A DNA stretch of 64,000 nucleotides from the human T2T-CHM13v2.0 reference genome, Homo sapiens: NCBI RefSeq assembly GCF_009914755.1, contig NC_060945.1. One strand, 5' to 3'. The number at the start of each line of letters is the position of its first letter. Positions within the stretch are counted from its first letter, which is position 1. Made by a program: the position numbers and the translations under genes. The notes beneath the pieces are model-generated. The model was not told the origin of the DNA and searched no databases. It saw only the letters and a list, made by a program, of their open reading frames with translations. Below are positions 55,576 through 64,000 of this stretch, in pieces.

Positions 55576-57658
55576 ATAACAAGATCAAGACTTACTTGCC
55601 CAGAGGCTGAACCCGTGTCTCCTTGTTCCATGTTCAAGGTTCTTTTCCATATGCTCGGACATCTTCTATAACAGTTTTCTATGCCAACAAAAACATACAA
55701 AGATGATTCGTTATTTCAGGTTACTTAATGATCTTCTGTCTACCAATGTGAGTTTTCCCTCTTCTAAATTGAGTTTGGTTTTGAGTGTAAAATTAGACCT
55801 TCCTTCATCATTTGGATCATCATATCACATTTCGCATAGGAGAGAAATGTACTTTCAAATGCCTTTTAAAGCATAATTGAAACTTGTTTTGAGTCCATCA
55901 GGCATGACACTTGTCTGTTAAGGTTTTTGCAAATAGCTCATTCAAGTTATCTACAACATAATCTCTCAGGTCAGATTCCTTTTTTTTTTTTTTTTTTTGT
56001 CTTTTTTCCCATCAGATACTCCTGTAGTTATTCTTATTGCCTTGAAGTAGTTATATCCCTTTAAACTCTCTGATATCCAAAGTTACTTCAAATTGTGTAC
56101 AGTTAGACATATATAGACGTTTTAGATTGAGTTTTTCCATAGGATCTCGTTAGGGTAGATGCTTTAATTTTTCATTAGTCATAGTATAGAGAAATGTATT
56201 TTAATGGCTCCTGGTATTTAGCATAATGAAATTAAAGTAATAATGACAATAACAACTGCAACAGTATCCGTGGCAGCAACAACAACAACAACAAAAATCT
56301 GGCCCTAAATTTGCCTTTTTAATTTTTTTCTGTGACTTCTGTCCTCACTTAGAACATGTACTTAAGATTAGAATGTTGCATAGAAGAAGCCATGATCACA
56401 TATGCTGAATTATATTCATTTCCAGTGGATTAATATGTTGAAGATAGGTAATTGTAACAACTATTAGTTTTGTCCTTTATCATTACAAGTTAGCCATCAA
56501 AACTTTTTCTTAAAATGATTAAGATTTTAATTTGCCATTTATAGCCAAGGGGAGTAGAGTGAGGAGGAAAAGCATTTTCCTCAGCACCTCATCTGTTGAA
56601 TCAGTGTGACACTGAACATTGTCTACAATGCATCTCCAAAAATCCAAGCCAAAACAAACCTAAGTTTTCTTTTTCTTCTTCACTGTGTGGCCATTGAAAA
56701 AAGAAAAGGATATGATTGCCTTTGTTCTCCCCATTTTGTCTTCTTATGGAGGAAAATTCTGAGTCTATTTCATGAGCTCATTTTTATGTATTTAAAGGAA
56801 TAATAAGATTAAGTATAGACAAAGGTATATGAGTCAACCAGTTAATGTGGGCTTGAAATGGGATGGATTTTACAACAGATAAAATTTTAAAGAAAGACAA
56901 AAACATCTTGCGCTATTGAGTCAGTGGGCACTTTCCAACATTTCACACTGATCTTTAGTATTTAATTTCTGTGTCATCAATTTTCTTTCACCACAGCCCT
57001 TCCCTTTTCTGTTTGCAGTGTCTGTCTTTTTTTTTTTTTTTTTTTTTTTTTTGTCTATGCAGACATTTGTTCTGTCTGTTTTAATATAATTGTGGCTGGA
57101 GAGAAATGAAAAATAGTTTGAGTAAGGGTTTCTTTTATATAACAAAAATTGTTATTGAATTTCTATGCATATGCTTTAACAATAAATCTTAACAACAAAA
57201 GAGAAGAAAATGTGTTTTCTTTTCTGTGAACCCTTTCTTTACAAAGAAAGATATTTCTAAAATTTCCAGAATAGTTAAAATGTTACATGATAATAATGGG
57301 AACATTTGTTATTTGACTATTCTCATATTAGATTGTTCTTTTGATCTAAAAATGGTTATTGTGGTGAAATTTACTATTATAGCTTATTAAAACTACATGC
57401 TTACTGTGACAAAAAATAAATAGCATGCATGATGTGATGTTTAGATAGGCATATTTTTAAAAGATGTCATTTACAATGTTATGTAGAATAAATAAATAAT
57501 AAAGGGAATGGGATAAAATAAGAAAAATAAGTACAGAGGTTTGGGAGATAAATGAGATACAGGTTGTCCAGCTCCTCTTTTCTACTCTCCTTTACCAGAC
57601 CACCCTCCTCTAACTAATTTTTTAAATTTTTATCTTAATATGAATGTCCCTTATTTAC

Positions 57659-57776
57659 AGTCAAATATCTAAATAATGTAAAATACACCATATAAAATTA
57701 ATCTCTGTCCCTCTGCAGACTTCCTCATGTATCCCACTCAGTCTTACATTAATCAAAGAATTGAAATGAAGCCTTC
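57659..57776 (+). repeat. Donor copy of a ~118-bp local duplication
   Basis: Aligns to 58624-58740 with 8 substitutions and 1 indel by hand count. Confidence 0.95.
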
Positions 57777-57859
57777 TGTGTCTCACTCCATACTTTCACC
57801 CAATTATCCATGCTCATGAATTATGAGCATGAATTATTAATAATAATTATGAATCATTA

Positions 57860-58330
57860 AGAAAATTTCCAAATTTCTATGTCAAGCTCACGTAATCTAA
57901 TTTTATGCTATAATTGTCCATTTGGATAGCTAAAAGACACCACAAAACCGTAAGTCCATAATTGAACTCATGATCTTCACTCCCAAACCTAGACCCCTCC
58001 ATGGCAGGATTCCCTCTCTCCATAAAACATATCACACAGGACTAACTGCCAGACATTATGTCTAATACGACTTTCTCTCCCTTACCCCTGTATCCAGTCA
58101 ATTACCAGCTCTATCGACTTTATCTTCTAAATTTATCTCTAATTCTTATGCTACTCTCCATCTGTGGTGTCATTAGCATCATGTTCACTCAAGCTATTCT
58201 CATCTGATATTGGTTTCCCAAAATGTCTACCCACCTTTCTGTGATCTCTCTTTAATCCATGCTACACCTAACAGCTTGAGGGATCCTAAAATTTGAATCT
58301 GAGGATGTCATTTTTTTGCATACAAATTTT
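57860..58330 (+). mobile_element. L2 fragment
   Basis: tccatttggatagcta...tgaactcatgatctt...tatccagtcaattacc...tgaatctgaggatgtca. Confidence 0.65.
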
Positions 58331-58336
58331 TATTGT

Positions 58337-59247
58337 TGTATTAGTCAAGGTTCTCTAAGGAAATAGAAACAATAGGATGGATCTATATTTAACCATCTAT
58401 ATCTACCTACCTACCTACCTAGAAAAAAGATATATATACAATAAATAATACATAAATCTATTAAATATATAAATTAAATACATTTATTTAACATATAAAT
58501 ACATATTATTTTTAAATATTTAATATTTTAATTAACTTAATAAAATTTAATTTTAATATTTAATATATAAAATATTTAATATATAAATATAAATTTATGT
58601 ATATCTTATATAGAAAATATTTTAGTCAAATATCTAAATAATGTAAAATGTACCATATAAAATGAATCTCTGTCCCTTTGCAGACTTCCCCATGCATCCC
58701 ACCCAGTCTTACATTAATCAAAAATTAAAATGAAGCCTTCATATATATACACACTATATATATACACAAGATATATATATACAAGATCTATCTATCTATC
58801 TATCTATCTATCTATATATATATATATATATACACACCACACAAGATCTATATATACATATATATACAAGATACATATATATATATATATATGTCTTGTA
58901 GTCTGCCATTAACCTGGAGAACCAGGAAAACTGGAAGTGTAATTCAGTCTGAGTCCAAAGGCCTGAGAATGAGGGGAGCCAATGTCCAGGGGCGGGAGAA
59001 GATGGATGTCCCAGTTCAATAAAGAGGGAGCAAATGTTCCCTCCCTCCACCTTTTTGTTCTGTTTGGGCACTTAGATTGGATGGTGCCCACCCACATTGG
59101 TTAAAGTGATCTTCTGTACCCAGTCTACTGATTCAAAGGGGAATCTTCTCTGAAATACCCTGAGAGTCACATCCAGGAATAATGTTTTACTGGCTATCTA
59201 GGTATCTCTTAGCCCAGTCAAATTAGTACATAAAATTAACCATCACA
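58337..59247 (-). mobile_element. MLT2B-like ERVL LTR with an expanded AT-rich / (TA)n interior
   Basis: tgtattagtcaaggttctct...ccaaaggcctgagaa...gaagatggatgtcccag...cataaaattaaccatcaca. Confidence 0.88.
58624..58740 (+). repeat. Inserted copy of 57659-57776 inside the LTR's AT-rich tract
   Basis: Direct alignment with 57659-57776. Confidence 0.95.
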
Positions 59248-59354
59248 ATTCCTCTTAGCATGAATACAAAAATGTTTCAAACAACTTAAAAAGATGCAAG
59301 ATCTGGTGTATTTATAATTCTTCAACCTTGTTTGCACAACTCTCCACAAACTGA

Positions 59355-59584
59355 AATGTGTTTGTCTGTTTTGAGACAGGATCTCCCTCTGTCACTCAGG
59401 CTGGAGTGCAGGCTGGTGTGGCACGATCATGGCTCACAGTAGTTTCGCCTTCCAGACTCAAGTGATTCTTCCACCTCAGCTTCCTGAGTAGCTGGGACTA
59501 CAGATGAGTGCCACCAAGCTCAGAGAATTTTTTAATTTTTTTGTAGAGATGAAGTCTCACTATATTGCCCAGACTGGTCTTGAA
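59355..59584 (-). mobile_element. AluJ, truncated
   Basis: gagacaggatctc...gatcatggctcac...tttttgtagagatg...ctatattgcccagactggtcttgaa. Confidence 0.88.
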
Positions 59585-59915
59585 TAAAATCTTTTAAAAT
59601 CTCTTAAGAAATAGGTGAGTTTATGTTAAGTGCTTAGAATAGTGTAAAATACTTAGTATCATATAAATATTAGTTATTATTATTTAGTTTTTCTTGTAAC
59701 TGTTTCTTTAACAATGAGCAGAGTACCTGGGACATAGTAGATGAATAACAAATTTTAATTTATACTACTAATAAAGGAGGATTGGTCTATGATTACAATA
59801 GTAAAAAAAAAAATTAAAGAAAGGATGGATAAAATTTTTACTTGAAAAAATCTGGAAAGACTTTGTGAATGAAATGTATGAATCACAAAGAAGGGTTTTA
59901 AGAGTTCTTGAATAG

Positions 59916-60244
<329 letters not shown>

Positions 60245-61197
60245 GATGATACATTTAGAGGGTAACTTTGGTGTAGGGGAAAATAGCAGAGATGAGCTTG
60301 ATTTGGAACTTGATGATTCTGAAATGATGATGAGGATTCCAAATGGAAATGCATGGCTGGCTTCTGAAGCTGTGGGATGTGAGGTGGTGAGAGAAAACTC
60401 AAGATTGGTGGTCGAGAGCATAGAGGTTGAATTGAAGTCATAGGAATTTGTGCTGAGGTAGAAATGCCTAAGTGACTGCAGAGACCCTTGCCTCCTTTGT
60501 TAAATGGTAATAGAATGGGAGCTGGGCACATGGAGGCGTAGCGAGACTCCATTTTCTAGCCTTTCTTCAGTTTACCATTCTACTGGCAAAACTTTTTCAT
60601 GTGGCCTTTCCATGTCCTCTCTTCTATCCTGCTGACAGTTCTGGCTGTCAGTCCAGCCTAGGCCCTACATCAAAGCCCTGGGGATTGCAGAGCTACGAAA
60701 TAAAACGAACATAGATTCATGGTTAAGGTACCACCTGAAAATCTTCCATGCTTCTCATGGACTTCTGCATAAGAAAGATAAATAAATCCTATCATTTTTT
60801 TAAGTTACTAAATGTGGAATCTGTTTGTTAGTAGATTTGTCTTTCCTATTAACCAATGGGAAGTATGTATTTTTAAAAATGTGTTTCCTGGCCCTAAGGT
60901 TTACTGGTGCTGTGACCTGAGATAAGTGACATAATGTCTTTGAATATATTTCCTGTAAATTGGAGCAGTGATAACTGTCAGGGTTGTTTAGAGATAACAT
61001 GTGCATTACTGAAACCTGTGCCTGGCCTAGAATAGATGAGCTCTAAATTGTAGCAGTTATTATTATTGTTATCCTCCCATTTCTATATTTTCTCTTGCTT
61101 CTTGAAGGAAATGTAAACTATATACGTGGTGACATGTGCTAATGATAAACTTGCACACAAGTCTTTTTGATCATTACATGGCTTGCCATTTACATTT

Positions 61198-61520
61198 TGT
61201 CTTAGTCTGTTCAGGCTGCTGTAACAGAATGCCACAGACTAGGTGGCTTATAAACAACATAAATGTATTTCTGACAGTTCTGGAAGCAGGGAAGTCTAAG
61301 ATCAAGATGCTGGCAGATTTGGTGTTTGGTGAGAATCCATTTTTTGGTTCATAGCTTTCTAGCTGTGTCCTCAAATGGCAGAAAGGGCAACAAAGGCAAC
61401 TCTGGGGTTTCTTTTATGAGGGCACTAATCTCATTCATGAAGTCTCCGCCTCCTAATACTATCACATTGGGTATTAAGTATCAACACGTGAATTTTGGGG
61501 AGACACAAGCATTCTGCATA
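61198..61520 (-). mobile_element. MSTD/MLT1A0-like LTR
   Basis: tgtcttagtctgttcaggctgctgtaaca...aagtctaagatcaagatgctggcagatt...ggcactaatctcattcatga...tgaattttgggg. Confidence 0.85.
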
Positions 61521-62106
61521 TATATCACTTTTCAGTCAATGTTTGCCAAAGAAGCAGGATATTTAGGAGAAAAAAATATTTATGTAATATGGAAAGTTGG
61601 TTTTCCTCCTGAATTCAATATCGTCATTATCACATTTTACACTAGACATGAGCTTTTACTTAAAAACATTAATATATTACATGTTACATTTAGAATGTAT
61701 TTTAGCTAATATATTAGAAAAAATACATACTATAAACAAGTAGCTTGCCTTTGCAAACTAATGAAGTTGAAATTCAGCATAGTCCATTTTCTTGTGGTTA
61801 TGTTTTTATCACAATAACTTAATTTTCACATGTATAAATTGCATTGTGAATAATCATTTTTATGTAACTGCAATAAAAATGGGTAGCAGTAATTAATTGT
61901 TTATGACTTGAACTTAATGTATTTTATATTAAATTGTATTTGGGAAATTATTGAGGAAGTTTCTTAATTCATCCTTTAGTTAAATGAAGGGCATATTTTA
62001 TTTTAATATATTTGAAGTATTCATATACATTTATTGAAATAGAGAGAAGACATTAATAAGATTTTTTTTTCCTCTTGGTACTAACCCCTGCTTTTTTTTT
62101 CCCCAG

Positions 62107-62227
62107 AAAAACAAAGATATATTTCCTCCTGACTAAAGTAGCACCATGTTAAAGGATGTAGCAATCATTACAGATATTTCTAAAGAATTCTCCTATGTGG
62201 ATGGAAAATAATTTAGAAATTTTCAAG
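62107..62227 (+). ncRNA. Candidate internal lncRNA exon (121 nt)
   Basis: Perfect TACTAAC branch site at 62079-62085, pyrimidine tract, cccAG| acceptor and AAG|GTTAGC donor; splice signals only. Confidence 0.35.
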
Positions 62228-62708
62228 GTTAGCTTTACAATTGAATACAATCTCTCTATAATGAGTGGTCCTTTCTTTCTTGACCATTACCACTCAGACA
62301 GCTATGAATGAGGTAGTACCTTGGTTTTTGTTTAGCTTAAGTTTTGATTAAAATGCTTATGATTATGAAAAACAATTCCAAGATGAGTTTATACTTTCAT
62401 GCCATTCCCAGTGGAATCTATTTACATATCTGACGAACACAGTACAAAGCTTCTACTCCAACCAGAGAATCACACTCATCCTCAAAAGATTGAAGAGTAG
62501 ACCTCAACATGAAAAGCACGAAAAACATTAATAAACAATGTGCCGAACATGTGCCAGTGTTGGTAGAAATGAAGGCTGAATTTAATACAATTCCCCTGGA
62601 GTTATCAAAGATAGGAGCCAATGTATGTTAAGATTTTCTAAGTTTTAGTGATGTTTGTAAACTTCAGGCAATATTGAAAAGATAATGTATTTTAAAAGTG
62701 GCTATGGT

Positions 62709-63260
<552 letters not shown>

Positions 63261-63289
63261 ATGCCTAACATGAATTCATGAACTGCCTG

Positions 63290-63293
<4 letters not shown>

Positions 63294-63338
<45 letters not shown>

Positions 63339-63355
63339 TGTGTGTGTCTATGTGT
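63294..63355. repeat. (TG)n microsatellite
   Basis: More than 20 uninterrupted TG units followed by degenerate units. Confidence 0.95.
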
Positions 63356-63864
63356 CTGGTGTGTACATGCATCTGCACCCACTTTAAAGATACTACCCAG
63401 GGTATTGATTTACCGGGAGCATGATCTGGGCTGAGCCAGTATAATTTCTTTTTTGGTTTGTGCATACCCAGATTTGATGTTTTTGGAGATTGTGTCTGAG
63501 CATTTTTCTGAAGCCACAGTGCATTAAAAGATTAAACATCCATGAAGCCCAAAAGAAATCTGGAGCAAATTACAAACAAAACACCTACTACCAGCTTCTT
63601 CCAGGAGCTACCCACAAATTACCCACAAATGCACTCTCCCTCAACTTTCATGGAGTTTGTTCCATTTTTAATACATTAGAGAGAAATTAAGTTAGGAGTA
63701 CAGGAAGAATAAGTTATGAACATCAAAAATAATCCTAGTGAGAATTTTAGCTTTGTAATGTTGATGTGTTAGGGATCTAGCTTCTTGTGCCTAAAAATAA
63801 TTGATATTTTCATATTTTGTACTTTCCATCCTGGGGAGCAATAGACATAAATGTAACAAATACA

Positions 63865-64000
63865 ATAATAACAGCTAATGTTTAGTAAGTGCTCTTAATT
63901 TTTTACATGGATGAATGCTTTTCATTCTGAAAGCAACCCTATGAGGTATATATTATTACTATTATCCCCTTTTTAAAGAAGGGACACATGAGGCCACACA
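63865..64000 (-). mobile_element. MIR, runs off the window end
   Basis: aacagctaatgtttagtaagtgct...caaccctatgaggta...tattatcccc. Confidence 0.75.

Overview
AT-rich, repeat-dense intergenic DNA that looks primate, almost certainly human (Alu, L1PA, THE1, Hsmar1 and MER85 all present). I find no intact protein-coding gene. The main gene-derived feature is a full-length processed pseudogene of glutathione peroxidase 1 on the minus strand (19531-20408). It has a 13-bp target-site duplication (TSD), a poly(A) tail and no intron; the start and selenocysteine codons are lost but the SECIS element is intact and the body is still a dense CpG island. It is probably GPX1P2, but I cannot confirm the locus from sequence alone. 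Other notable items: a near full-length Hsmar1 mariner; a MER85 piggyBac MITE with an unusual junction palindrome; four THE1 LTRs carrying DUX4-type motifs; two well-defined candidate non-coding exons on the + strand; a four-layer nested retroelement stack; a 5'-inverted L1; an Alu reduced to its two ends beside an inverted Alu; and several local duplications and fold-back structures that no repeat family explains. Almost all ORF-track entries are repeat-derived or chance ORFs. I see no evidence of a new protein-coding system. The best candidate for something undescribed is a spliced lncRNA driven by an LTR or by the pseudogene CpG island. Repeat subfamily names and comparisons to GPX1, Hsmar1 and MER85 come from my recall of consensus sequences, not from a search.
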